Shown here: one piece after another, positions 12,958-25,600 of the stretch
Numbering within the stretch: the stretch's first letter is position 1
Layout of the letters: each line of letters opens with the position of its first letter
Assembly (NCBI GenBank): GCA_051047955.1
Contig: JBPGPT010000001.1
Location: 930,001 to 994,000, forward strand
Reading direction: 5' to 3'
Source of the DNA: Cystobasidiomycetes sp. EMM_F5
Lineage: Eukaryota
Length of the DNA stretch: 64,000 bases
The notes under the pieces: model-generated
Databases searched by the model: none
The model's input: the letters and a program-made list of their open reading frames with translations, nothing else
Told to the model about the DNA's origin: nothing
Position numbers and translations under genes: made by a program

Positions 12958-15900
12958 TCAAGCCAAGAATGCTGCAGGGACAAAGCCCTGCTTGCCGTCT
13001 CGAATACGTCGCACTAACGTCCACTGATCGTCAGAATCATCGACGACCTGGCAGATGTATGTTTAGCTCAATTACGATTACAAGCGTTGGGCTGGCCTGT
13101 GACTGACCTCGATCATGTCACCGGTGTTGATGTCAATTTCTTCTTCCTTTTCAGCGATAAACGAGTATCTAACGCCGCGCATCGGAAAGGAGCCATCAAT
13201 AGCATCCATATCGCGCTGATCGTAGATACTGTCATCATCTGATATATTGGTCATGACCGCAGTGCTCGCTCCGGCGCTTTGATGTCTACCATGCGGCTGT
13301 ATCGGTGTCGACAGTCTGGCTCCTGCGACTTGGGCTGTAGCTGCATTTATTGTCTCAAGTATGCTCGCTTGTCCGTGCTGCGCATGTGCGTTCTGTTCCT
13401 TCTCGCTAAGAAGCAGAGGTGTTGGCGAAATCTTCGCAGGATCAAGGTTGTCATAAGGTGGAATCACAATTGGATATGCATGCGAGTCGTCTGTCCGTGT
13501 GTTAAGTGCGATGATCAGAGCAATCAGGACGCCCAAGAATATAATTCCAAGTGATATGGCGATTGATATCAAGATGACCAATCCGACGGCGAGGTGGTCT
13601 GTGCGATCCGCGTCAGAACAGAGTAACCGCATTAGCCGACTTGGACTTACGATTTCCACCGAATGTGATAGTACTCATTGAGTACGCTAATGCAGCAATC
13701 CTGCCCTGTTGACCATCTCGGCCTGTCGTCAATAAGAATGGATACCATGATGCGCTGTCGAAGATGGCAGCGGATGCTTGACCCAAGCTTGGCAGCGTGA
13801 GGGCACCTAAAGCTAGGAGAGCACGGTTCGCGTCGCTGAAGACTGAATTTGGCGTAACAGGGTCCGTCAATGGCATCAAGGTGATCTGCTGTATTGCCGA
13901 AGAAGCTGAGTCCAAAGAACCCCCACCGGCTGCATTTGCCACGCCTGAGGGCATTTCTGTCCATACTTGACCATCCCATTGCCGTAGATACGACGATGAT
14001 GCTCCAGCCACGACTCCGCTTACGAACACACTATTCTCCGTGTCTGCTGTAATAGAGTTGGGCGGACCAGGAAGACCCGTATTTGGCAGGTACATCCACG
14101 TACTATTGCTGTAGAACCAAACAGCAACGTATGCGGTACTTCCGGAAGTTTCTAGATTGCCCGCGACAAACAGGCTGTCGCCTACAGAAGAGACAGATTC
14201 TATGACGCCTGGCACTCCATTGCCAAATGCCTGCCAAGATTTAATTTCGCTGTCGAATTTGGCTATCGATGATGTGCCTCGCTGGCCACCGATACTGTCG
14301 AAGTGTCCAACGATGATCAGGTCGGCGTGATTGTCAACAATAATCGCGTTGACGAGTGGTGCACCTCCTGACATCGCAAGTTTGGCAGAGACAACCGGCG
14401 ACCAATGTGAGGTAGTAAGATCGTATGCAGCCAAGACTGCAGAATCATCGCTGCTTGATAGCTGTCCTGCAACCCAGAGCAAATCACCTGATATCTTGAG
14501 TGAGGATACACTGACGATGCCGTCTGCATTAGGGAGGGTAGACAGTTGGCCAGAGGCCGATAAAACGCCAAGGTTGTGCACGTTGTCTGCTTGAAGACCA
14601 AAAGTACCGCCAATTATAGTGACATCCTCGTTTGAGGTGGCATTGTGCCAGAAGGCTGCAGCCATGATACTTGGATCGGCACTGGTCGGTTGGGTACTTC
14701 TCAACAGCGTCTGACCTGGTGATGTTGTGCTACGTTGACGTTTACTTCGAGTTCGGCCTTTGATTGCTTCCAGGACTCCAGTGTTGGCTGGACTCCAGGC
14801 GGGGCTTGCGCGCTTCGAATTTTGCGAGGATGCAGCAGCACTCGAATCAAAGGCCAAATGCACTGGATGAACGCCTTGAGCTGTCAGAAGTGCCATGCTC
14901 GATGTAGCAAACTGGTTGAGGGCATAAGTCGTCCCGCTGAGGAAGACTGCCGACCCATTCACTGCCTGCTGCACTGTCGAGAATGAGCCGATGACGAATG
15001 AAGCTGCTGTGGTAGCTACCGAGGAGTTGCTCGGGAACCAAATATCGATATGGCGTCGATCGTATGTAAAGACGAGTCTATCGTTGTGCTTTGCCGATAC
15101 AGCTAGAGCTGGCTTCGTTGATGACAAGCCCGATACAGGCTGCCACTTACTGCCGGACATACCGTATTGCCATCGTGCTTTCCCGTTCAAACCAGTCACT
15201 GTACCGTCAGCCGTCGCATTAAAAGAGCCGACTGCATACAGCCAGTCGCCTAGTACCGCCAATCCGGCGACTATGCCATTCAGACCACCGTTAGCGGAAG
15301 AAAGTACATTGCCGGTGACGGAGTACATTGCAACGCTACGAATCGCGACGCCGGATTGCGAGTATGCGAAATCGCCACCGATAAACAGTGCTGCATCAGA
15401 TTGTACGATTCCTGTTATGCTCGAAGACCGAGGAAGCCCAAAGCCAATTTTGTTAATTGGCGATGCCGAATTGATGGACGGGATTTGATGGGTCGCATGC
15501 GTCGCGGTACTTATGAAAGGTACAGCAGGAACGGATTGTGCCATATTCCATTCCCAGAGCCCAGATCCCGGCGTGAAGGCTACGATCTGGCCAGTCTGCG
15601 ATTCGACAGATGTGACATTGACGGCGGTCATGCCAGAACCGACCTTGACCTGGGTACTGCCAGCTCCGCTCGTGCTGCCAGCGGCGCTTACTAAAATCTT
15701 GTCTGCGATGAGATAGTACTTGTCTCCCTTGTCCGCTGCCAATGTCGCCTTCTTTGACTTGGACAGACCCATCGACACTTGGACTTCGTCGTTACCGCTT
15801 ATTGGCTTTATCGGTCCAGAGTAGACCAGGCTGTACGTATCGTCCGTGACTTCCTGGTTGACTGTGGTAGTGACAGCTGTTGCATCTGCGCCTGTGATGG

Positions 15901-17672
15901 TGACGACAACATCGATGAAACCCCGCTGTCCGCACGTCGAATCAAAGCTGCATGCCGGAGTGAAATAGTAGATCTCGTACTTATCGTTGTCTTGCGAGAT
16001 GTACGGATACCAGGTCGTGGTCGGTGCGTCTACCGAATCCGTATTTACAGGCGTAGCGCCGCACAGTATGTCCTCCTTGGTACCCGCGACAGTCGTGGAG
16101 ACGACTTGCACTTGATCCCATCCGATATCCTTTCCAGGAGTATGAACTGCGCTTGACTTGCCATAAGAAGGGTAGGGACCTGATGCACACACTCCGCCGC
16201 CATACCCGTTGTTCAGTTCGTCACTGGCAAAAGCATAGCTCCCGCTCGATAATAGCTGCAAGAGGTGCAGACCTGCTGCATTCCCGTAATGGCCAGTCAT
16301 TGTGATTTCGAAACCGGTGATGGTCGTCGATTGACTGAAAGACACGGAGGGCGCAACAAGAAAATCTTCGTATGCGATAGCCGCGTCGTGACTTAGTGGA
16401 CAGGCATCTGAGCAAGTGGCGAGACTTGACGAGTGAGAGGATGGATCGGTACGATAGTTCAAGGTCAGGACATTGTTATTCGGCAGGGCGGTAATGCTTA
16501 ATGACCGGCGCTTGTCAGGTAAATATCGCGATTACGAGGAATTTCCGGCATGCTTACCTAAATGTCTGAGTTCCATCGCCGTCTACAAAGGTATTTCCTA
16601 TTCTGAAACCGCCTACGACAAGCGGAGTGAACAGTCTGGCCGTGATGCGGCCGACAGTCGCATCTTGAGCCTTCCAAGTTGATTTTGCAGACCCGTCCTG
16701 ACCAGCGGGACATAGGATACTCTGCGGAGTCTGATAGAGGTTATTAGAGGACGAGGAGGAGGCGGTAACTTCGGCAGCGGACAGCGAGATGGGTACAAGT
16801 GACGAGCCCAAAGAGGGTAAAACGGTGGCTGTTCCGTTAGCAGAGACAGAGGTAGTTGCGTTAGATTGGCGCAGGATGACAGAGGCGTTTGACCCGGAGG
16901 CTGTGACGTTCACGCTTGATGTGTTTGCCCAGAATGTAGACAGTCTGCCGCCAAATAATAGCGAACGTGTAGAATCTGAGTTGGCTAGGATGCTGAGCGT
17001 CTTGATATCGATAGACGTTGGTCCTCCGGGGAACCCGCCAAACGGCAGTGGAGACCAGCTTGAGGACAACGCAGACCAGGCCGCTGCTGCGCCTTTATAT
17101 GTGCTTGCAGAAGACACACCGATTGGAGCATTGAAGTGTCCAGCGGCAAACAACGTCTGCGTAGAGGCATCGCACACTAAGGCAGTGACTGGTCCATCTA
17201 AGCCCTGTCCAAGAGCGACGAGGGTCGATGATTGCGTATTGAACGCTCCAATATTGTTTATCGGTATCGTTGTTCCATTTTCTAACGCAATGACCTGCGT
17301 GAAGTTTCCGCCAAAGTAGACTACATCTGGCTGGCTCGTGCAGGTCGCTATAGCCTGTATGCTGGCTCCTTCCTGTGCCTGTACGAAGCGGTGCAGTTGC
17401 CCAGTTGCGTCCAGTTCAAACAGCATATTCGGGGCAATCGATGTTGTTGTCGTTGAATTTGACGCATTCGCTGGCAGCAGGACACTGGAACGAGGGTCGT
17501 AGAGCTCGAGTCCTGCGAATGATCCAACCACGGCGACGGAGCCGAGCGCGCCATAGTCGATTTTGGGTGTTTGAGCCGTCGTGGATGTAGTACCCAGCAC
17601 GAACACGAGCCAGGCGCCTGCGCCTAGTCTAGTCATGTTTGGATATCGAGTGCGACGTATACGCCGTGTCAT
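12958..17672 (-). CDS. RAX2: Polarity / bud-site protein Rax2 (signal peptide, beta-propeller ectodomain, one TM segment, C-terminal SH3)
   Basis: IDYGALGSVAVVGSFAGL, repeated YFGGNF/GLDGPV motifs, FRIGNTF, TM segment LVILISIAISLGIIFLGVLI and SH3 motif YSFIAEKEEEI..DDQWTLVR..GFVPAAFL. The start codon could be 17672 or 17636. Confidence 0.9.
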
Positions 17673-18377
17673 AGCTGCAACGCTACATATGTCATTGTTA
17701 CTGCAATCGCGCTGGCCGGTCATGTATCGAGTTCCCCCTCTCGCAGACGAAGGCTCGACCACTCGTTGAACGGGGTCGCCTATTACACTGAACGGATGGC
17801 GGAATGCGGCGTATGCTTGTATCGAAGTATTGCTGGATGGGTGTACTGCTGTAATGACTGTGGGTGTTATGGGGCTGCTCGAGGTGTCGGATGGGCGGAA
17901 ATCAGTAAACAAATTGGCGATCAGCGAATTCGGCACGGATTTGAATTTTTATAGGATATCGAGATACAACACAGCGGGATACAGTACGTTGGATAGACTG
18001 CAGTAAGTGTGCAGACTATTTTAATAGTAGGCTTCGCGCGGAATTGGCAAATTCCACTTCGACTTCTTTTGACCGAGGGAGATGTGTAGCTGCAGCTTGA
18101 TTTGTGGGAGAATAATATGGGCAGAGACGTGAGAACCACATTGCGCTATAGAACCCAACCTGGGCTTCGGAAATACCATGGATGCAGATTTTGGTTGATT
18201 GGACGTGACCGCGTAAACGATAAGAAATCAACGGCTAAAACGACAGCTTCTGAAGCCATGGTACTGTCTTCTACTTTATCTATGCCTGGATTCAATCACA
18301 GAATTCCAACCATGGATGCAGGTTGACTGGATATTCCCATCGCCGCGCCTTTCTTCTTCTCAGCTCAGCCTTGATAC

Positions 18378-18392
18378 TATATATATATATAT
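18378..18392. repeat. (TA)7 microsatellite
   Basis: tatatatatatatat in the AT-rich intergenic DNA upstream of RAX2. Confidence 0.8.
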
Positions 18393-18946
18393 TGATTGAA
18401 GCAATGTTGGAACATTCTCATACCGTACCGACGCTTCATTTTCGCATTACCCTAGCCCTACTGAGGTTGTGCCAGATGCAATTGTATATTTCAGCGAATC
18501 CACAGGTTTGTTGTATAAAAACTCGATGTGCCTGAAAAAAAGCGGAGAAATCAGGAAAATCCAGTGAAGCGGAGTAAAATCTGAAGACCCAGCCGCGTGA
18601 AAGCCGAGATTGACAAGCAGAACCACTGTAGGCAAGGCAGGGTCGTGCTGGCTCTTGCAGCCATTAAGTACAATTTTTTATTCGCTGGTTCACAACAGCT
18701 TCGTGGAGTAATAATCAGTGCAACGCGACTTTCGTTGACGCAGACACAACGCAAGTCTACAAAAGAGAACACCTATATGCGGAGTTATTGCAAGAGCGGC
18801 CAAGGGCAAGGAAGTGTAGATAATCTGCTTGCCAGGGCCAAACCTTCATGGTAACCTTCGTCTTCATCAGAAAGTCGAGAGAGCTGCTTCCTGCGCAATC
18901 AGGGGGACAAAAAGTAGGGTGTTTCCAAATCGTGCATCCTACACGC

Positions 18947-19028
18947 CGCCCGAGGTGGGGCTTGAACCCACAACTTTCAGATTTCGAACGTAAAAGTCTG
19001 ACACTCTCGCCAATTGAGTTACCCAGGC
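18947..19028 (-). tRNA. tRNA-Lys(UUU) with 8-nt intron
   Basis: Minus strand reads GCCTGGG TA ACTC AATTGGCGA GAGT G TCAGA CTTTTA[CGTTCGAA]A TCTGA AAGTT GTGGG TTCAAGC CCCAC CTCGGGC G. All four stems pair, and a T5 Pol III terminator lies about 35 nt downstream (18909-18913). Confidence 0.93.
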
Positions 19029-19613
19029 GCCGAAGCCTCAAGCTTATTATGCCAAATATATAGTCTGTCTCTTCCAGCGAATCGAAAATTTCGCCATAAA
19101 GACAGTCTCCACATCGCTGCATACATCAGAGTGGTGAAAGGGCGGTGTTGTCACGCGCATGGGAATGTCTGTTAGGCATTTGGCTGTGTTCAATGGAAAA
19201 TCTGAAGAATCCGACGCTCTATTGAATATATTGCTTTATGACTGTTTCTCCGCACAAAATCCAGGATGTGTAAGAAACATGATATAATGCACCATACAGC
19301 GTCTAGCGTTACTACTGTATACAAAGGCTTCTCCATCTGCTTTATTTCTGTCGTTTACGCATTTATTTCGTTGAAGGAAAGAAAAAAAAAATGATTCAAC
19401 CCAGAATGCTAATGGATGTGGCCTCGTACCTACTGTAACCGACTGTTAGGATAGAGGAGCACCTACCAAAGCCGTCTCTTTGTACAAAAGCACTTGCTAT
19501 AGCCGTCGTCCATAATTTCCCTCTGTCTCTCTGACCACGTGACTTGCGAATTTCGGCCAGCAGCAATCATGGTATCGCTTAGATTGTCGGTTGTCGAGCA
19601 CCAACGAGCCAGC

Positions 19614-22600
19614 ATGGCGATCAGGAAGACGCATGTCAAGTCTGCAAAGCGGCAGGCTCGGGAGAAAGAGCAGGCAGCTGCGAGGGCTGCCGCTTCAGCA
19701 TCTGGCAAATTCAAAGACAAGAAACGCAAACCGGATGTCCAGACTGGCTTCAGGGTGGGTTTGCATTGTGTAGCTTAACGAGTAAGACTAACGTAGTTTT
19801 GTCGCAGTTCAAAGGCCAGACGCAACGATACAAGGACATCGCCATAAATCTCCAGAGCCTGCTTGACGAAGCTGTCGAGCGTTACGGACGTTATGATGTG
19901 GCGACCAAAAATATCATGCCGGACGCAGACGATGCAGACGACAGCGATATGGACGAAAGCGAAGACATGGTAGGTGGAAACATGTAACGCGCTGCTGTGC
20001 TGACTGTCCGCTCACAGCTCGCAACACCCATGTCGGCTGCATTAGCCGAATTAATTTTGCTCAACACGAGTCTACCGTTCCAACACTTACACAAGACGCT
20101 GTATTCGCCAACGAGATCGTTACCTCTGATTGTGTACCATCGCCTGCTCATTGCCAGGACGATTTTTGACAACCTCAGTAATACGAATCGAAATGAGCTG
20201 GCACTGTCCGCTGTCCATACTATGGATCTGCTTCCTCCATATTTGCAATCTCTATCGCCAGATCCAGACTTTGCACTTTTGGATCTTGACAGGATACTCA
20301 CGCCCCTGATGCGCGCTCTGGTCAATATCGCCATGGACCCGCCGAGTGTGTCGCAGAACAATGCAGGGGACCGTGGTAACGATCCTACCTCGCCCACGGA
20401 AATTTCGAAACGCGCTTTTGAGGTTCTTGCTTGGATATTTCGATACATCGGCTCCGACTTGTTCAACAGAGGTGATTCCGTCTCTCGAGCACAAACAGCG
20501 TGGTCATGGATTAGCGATGGTCTGCAGGGGCAGCGCGGCGAGGCACATTTTCCAGATGCAGAAGTCAAAATACTTAAAGACGAGTCAGAGGTGACGGACC
20601 TGTTGAGCATTGTCCCGGATCTTGATCTGGAAGTCAGGGAGAGCGAGACAGCAGCCCCTGATTTGGAGATCAATGGTGACGAGCTCCTCAATACTAGCGA
20701 GGAAGCTGCAGAAGATCTTGTGGACACAGCCGAAGACGAGACCGATTCGAGTCAAGACGCAGCACCTGTCAAGGCAGTCGGCAAGCGACCCTCTCATGCT
20801 GCGTCCAGTATTCACCGGCGCCACCTGCTCGCAACGTGCTTTGGGTTTGCAATCAGGAAGGCCAAAGTTGGGTCGCGCTTGGACGCTATTTCAGAGGTCG
20901 TGGTGGTAGCGGTAGCCGCAGCTGAACAGTCTGCGTCTCTCGAAGATGCCCTTGCCTGGATGATATCGGAAAGTGCAAAATCTATCGAAGTAAACATCCA
21001 TTCCAGAGGGCCCGCAATTTTCGATGCTTTTCTCAGACAGACTATGCAAATCGCAAAGGCAGCTACCAACAAAGGCATGCTACATGCGCTTACGGTTCTT
21101 CTTCACCATTCTCGAGCTGAGCACCTTGAATCTATCGTCGACATGGTCATGCATAATCTCGAGACGGTAATTGCAGCGCCTGACCATACAGAGCAGCTAC
21201 GCTTCTCGATTCAGCTGTGCGAATTGCTTCCTGGTGTACGCAAAGGCTCTCGCCTGAGCGAGACAAGCAGAATGAGATTGCTCAGTCTGGTTGCTGACCT
21301 TGTATCACACGACCGCTTGGCATCATATCTGGGGCAGGATGAACTGCTTGCCGACATCTGCCGTCTAGGTTTAAAGGCTCTGCTGTTGATTTCGGACTTG
21401 CAGACCATGCTGCAAGCTGGGAGACGGGTATTGAATGGCATTTGCTCGCTTCCAGTGCAGGTAAAGAAGTTCAGGTACCCTCTAGTTCGTAGATCGTGAT
21501 TACTGATGCTCGGTTGTGTAGTATGCGAATCTGTCTGCGGCTTGTATCGGAATACTGGCGTCGCAACACTGGAGCCTATTCTCCGACTTCTGCGTACCAC
21601 ACATCGCAAAACTGCCAGCTGAGAAGAAGGTGCCTCTGCTATCTCAGCTGTATTCGAGCGGCCAGCTTGCAAAAATAAAAGTTGACGCAATGAGCGCTGC
21701 TGCGGAAGTATCAGCTATCCTTCGCGAGTGGCTTACCTGTCGCAGAAATGGCAAATTGACTCAACGTCAGGTGTGTCATGAGTGAAGCAGTCAGTCCAGC
21801 CACTGTAGCTCATTCTCAATCTGCAGACCGCCGCAATGCTTTCTTGCTTGACGATATGTCCACACTTCGAAATGGATGATCAAGTATTTGACGACGTGCA
21901 AGCGATCTTGACGGAACTACTTGATCGAGGCTCAACGGCAGAGGCACAACGCGAGTTCGCCGAGACTGCTGTGAATAGCGCGGTCATCGTCGCGGCAGCT
22001 TTATGCGCTCTGGGAGTGCGCGGCGCAGCCAGTCTCGTTGCAGACGGAACATATAACAAGATTTTGACCCAATTTGGCTGGCACAGGCTCGTGCTGGACG
22101 CTCTCGCAAAACACCTGAATGACAGACAGTACGTTGCATACAGCATTGTCATGGTGGGCCTCGCTGATGTTCGTGTATTAGGGATCAACTATTGGTCTCT
22201 GGAAATACACTTGAAATCATATTACGAGCCCTCGACAGTCATGATGCTTTGGCGCGTTCAGCCGCACTTCACCTTCTTTGTCACGTGGAGAGCGCAAGCA
22301 GCATTGCAAAACAGCTGTTGCAAGTGGAGATTCTGCCCTTAACGGTGCAGGGATCCCGCACTAAAGCCTTGGAAGTCAAGCGGCTTGGTCGATTTATCAC
22401 AAGGATGTCGAAAGAATCGCAAGACTTTGCGATTGCTATTCATTACTTGCTTGGTAAGTCACTCACCCTGGCTGATCCTTCCAGACACGCCTCTGACACG
22501 CGAACTAGCTTTACTCAGGGTTAACTTCAGACCTCTGTGGTCGCCGGCTATTGAGGCGCTTGGCTCTGGAATCCATATTGGACGTCGCGAAGTTTGGTTA

Positions 22601-25600
22601 GCCATCCTGCACCAACTAGAATTGACTGCTTCGCAAGACCTGCGCTTGCACTTAGTTGCGCCTCCGATGTGGTCTCACAAGGTAAAAGCAGGCGAAGATG
22701 CAGTCGAGGGGTTCCAAAAGCAATTTTCTTGTACGAGTAATGATCGCATAAGCGGCACCTTCACACACTTGCGGCTACACCTTCAGGCTGGTGAACACCA
22801 CTTGGCGACAGAGAATCAGGTATTTGGGTTGTCAGACGGACATACGGCAGTGCTGAGTCATGCCGCACAGATTTCGCCCGAGACTCTCATAACAATTTCA
22901 TATGAAGCTAACCTGTTGCAATTAATTGCTACACATGTCGACGTAGCTGAGCAACACAGTCGTGAGCTCCTGAGCGTCTTTTTTCGCCAATTTGGCCGCA
23001 TACATGCCCGAGAAAGTCTATCCTTGGGGCGAGCGGGGCGCGAGCGGCTTACGAGCTGGCTATCACTGTTCTCAAAATTCACCAATCCGAAAGCATTACA
23101 TCGCTCGGAGGAATTTTACGCATATCTAAGGGATCTCCTGTCCTATCCGGATATCAAGTTACAAAAACTTGCTTTGTCGTGTATCCTTACTTGGAAATCA
23201 TCTTCGCTGCTCAAATACCAAGAACACCTCCACGACCTACTGGACGATCACAAATTCCGGGACGCACTCTTGCAATTGTCGCTCTCAGGCTCCGAAGGCT
23301 CGGAAGATCTGGTGCAGCCAGAAGATCGCCCTGTTCTTTCGGACATTCTGTTGCGTATCTTGTATGGCGTCGTGGTATCCAGGTCAGGAGCTGCCGCATC
23401 TGCGGCTGTTAAAAGCGGTCGACGAAGAGCTATCCTTTCGGCGATGAAGGCCTGCACCCGGGTTGAACTAGACATTTTCCTGGATCTGATGCTGAACTCG
23501 CTTGATCACGAAAGAGATTCAGTACCATCTGAAACTACGCAAATCAGGGATGTTGCCACGCACGCTCAAAATGCAGGCTTCCTCACACTTCTGGGGGATG
23601 TCCTGCAATATCTAGGAAACGTGACACAGTATCGCTGGAAAGATCTGATGGGCGCTGTCCTCAAGCTTGCAGCAAGCAGTCGCGATTCTCCTGGAGAATC
23701 GTCTTCAACCGAGCATCAACGCAAAATCCGCCAACTGGCTATACGACGAATTACGTCGTTTTTCTCGGTGGATCCATCTTTCGACTTTAAGGCATTTCTA
23801 CCGGCCATCTTCCGCGAATTGGTCAGCCCGCGTCTTGAGAAGTTCGCAGAAGAAAATGCCCAAGCACCATCAGCGCTACTGCAGCTTCTGCTTTGTTGGG
23901 CATCTCATGAGCAACTGATCGACAATTTGGTCAATTACAATGGGACTGTGCTACCTGCAGTTTATACTTTGATGGCCAACAAGAGCATCAAACCGACGGT
24001 CACATCCACAGTCTTGCAATTCGTGGAGTGTCTTCTCACTGTCGCAAAGGACAATGAAGACCTGAAAAGGCGAATTATCGATCCGCACATTCTGTCCCTT
24101 CTTGATAACCTAGCAATCCTTATGGCATCGCGCATACCGAGTATGACTAATCGCGATGGCCTGGCTCTTCGTCAGATCGACGTTCTCAGCTTGCTTTCGA
24201 CGTACGTTCGGGATGTTGCGGTTGCAGCCAAGTTTATAGCAATACTTCTGCCGCTGTTGACCAAACCCCATGCTATCATATCCGAACGCAACAAGGCCAC
24301 GCTATTACGCGTGTTGGCTGCAATTACGGGAAACAATACGGCCAGTTTGCATGCGTCTCAAATGACGCTTTTCACTCAAATTGTGTCAACTATTCCTATT
24401 CTGCTAGGTACCGTCAACATTCGCGAGGGCAGAAGCCTAATAATACAAATTATGCAGGACTTGGCGGCTTCTGATGCAACAATAAAATGCGGCACAGAAA
24501 TTGTGGCAGGTCTCAATGCCTACTCGATTAAACGTATTGATGTGCCCGACTTCGATACGCGGCTTTCGACATTTGCTCGATTGAACGGCACAGAATACCT
24601 CAACATGTCCTCCAAAGACTGGACTCCCTTATTGTATCAATTATTTTATAATCTTCGGGATGTGGACGAGTTATCGATGCGATCCAACGCCAGCGCCGCC
24701 TTGCGGAATTTCGTCTCGGTCGCAGGTCCATCTTTAGACTCCGGAATCAGGACACTCTTCGCAGGTTTGTTCCGACAGCTCTTGCGCGCCAATCTCGCAT
24801 CGAAAAGCGAGGTCATCCGCGCTGAGACGATTCTTGTCCTGTCCGCTGCTGTGGAGTCTGCAAACGGCATAGCGGAACTCGAAGAAATGCGATGTCTTCT
24901 TGCGGGGGGTGATCAGGAAGCGAATTTCTTCCATAATATCTACCATGTTCAAGTGCACAGGCGTACTCGTGCTATGCGGCGCTTGGCGGACGAAGCCGAC
25001 GAACAGCGAATTTCCAGTAAAACCTTGTTTGAATTGTTCATTCCGCTCTTGTCCCAGAATCTTGTGCTGGAGCAGAATCAGTCGCAGAGCACGGAAGTCG
25101 TCAACGAGACTGTTCAATGTATTGGTCGGCTATCTGGCCAATTGGCGTGGTCAGCTTACAACCGATGCATTCAGCACTTCCTCAAGATGACCCAGAAGCC
25201 CACCGAAGGGCAACGTATCTACGTGCGTCTGATCGTAGCCATGCTGAAGCACTTCAAATTTCGCCTGGATGAAGAGGCAGATGCGCCACTGTTGGCGACC
25301 GTCCTTACCCGATTACTGCCAGCATTGATGCGGTTTGTGGACGCGCGGGAGGGGACGGACGAATCTTTACGTATCATCATGGCTGAGGGTATCGCATATG
25401 TCCTTCAACACCTGCCAGAGCAGAGAAAAGTCGCAGATTTGTCTAATCTTGTGACCTCGCTGGCCCAGATCCTACGCAGTCGGGCCCAGGAAGTAAGGGA
25501 CCTCACGAGAAGCACTCTGGCTAACATTGTGGCGCGTATGGGCGCCGAGTACATGTCTCTCTGCATCCGAGAGATCCGAGCTGTGCTTCAACGAGGTCCG

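Noticed and set aside
17673..17936. Upstream extension of the RAX2 ORF shown in the ORF track
   Set aside because: It opens at a non-ATG codon and precedes the signal peptide, so it is more likely 5' UTR.
18449..18460. ACCCTAGCCCTA as a telomerase RNA template or telomeric seed
   Set aside because: It does not match CCCTAACCCTA, is a single short occurrence, and has no supporting structure that I could see.
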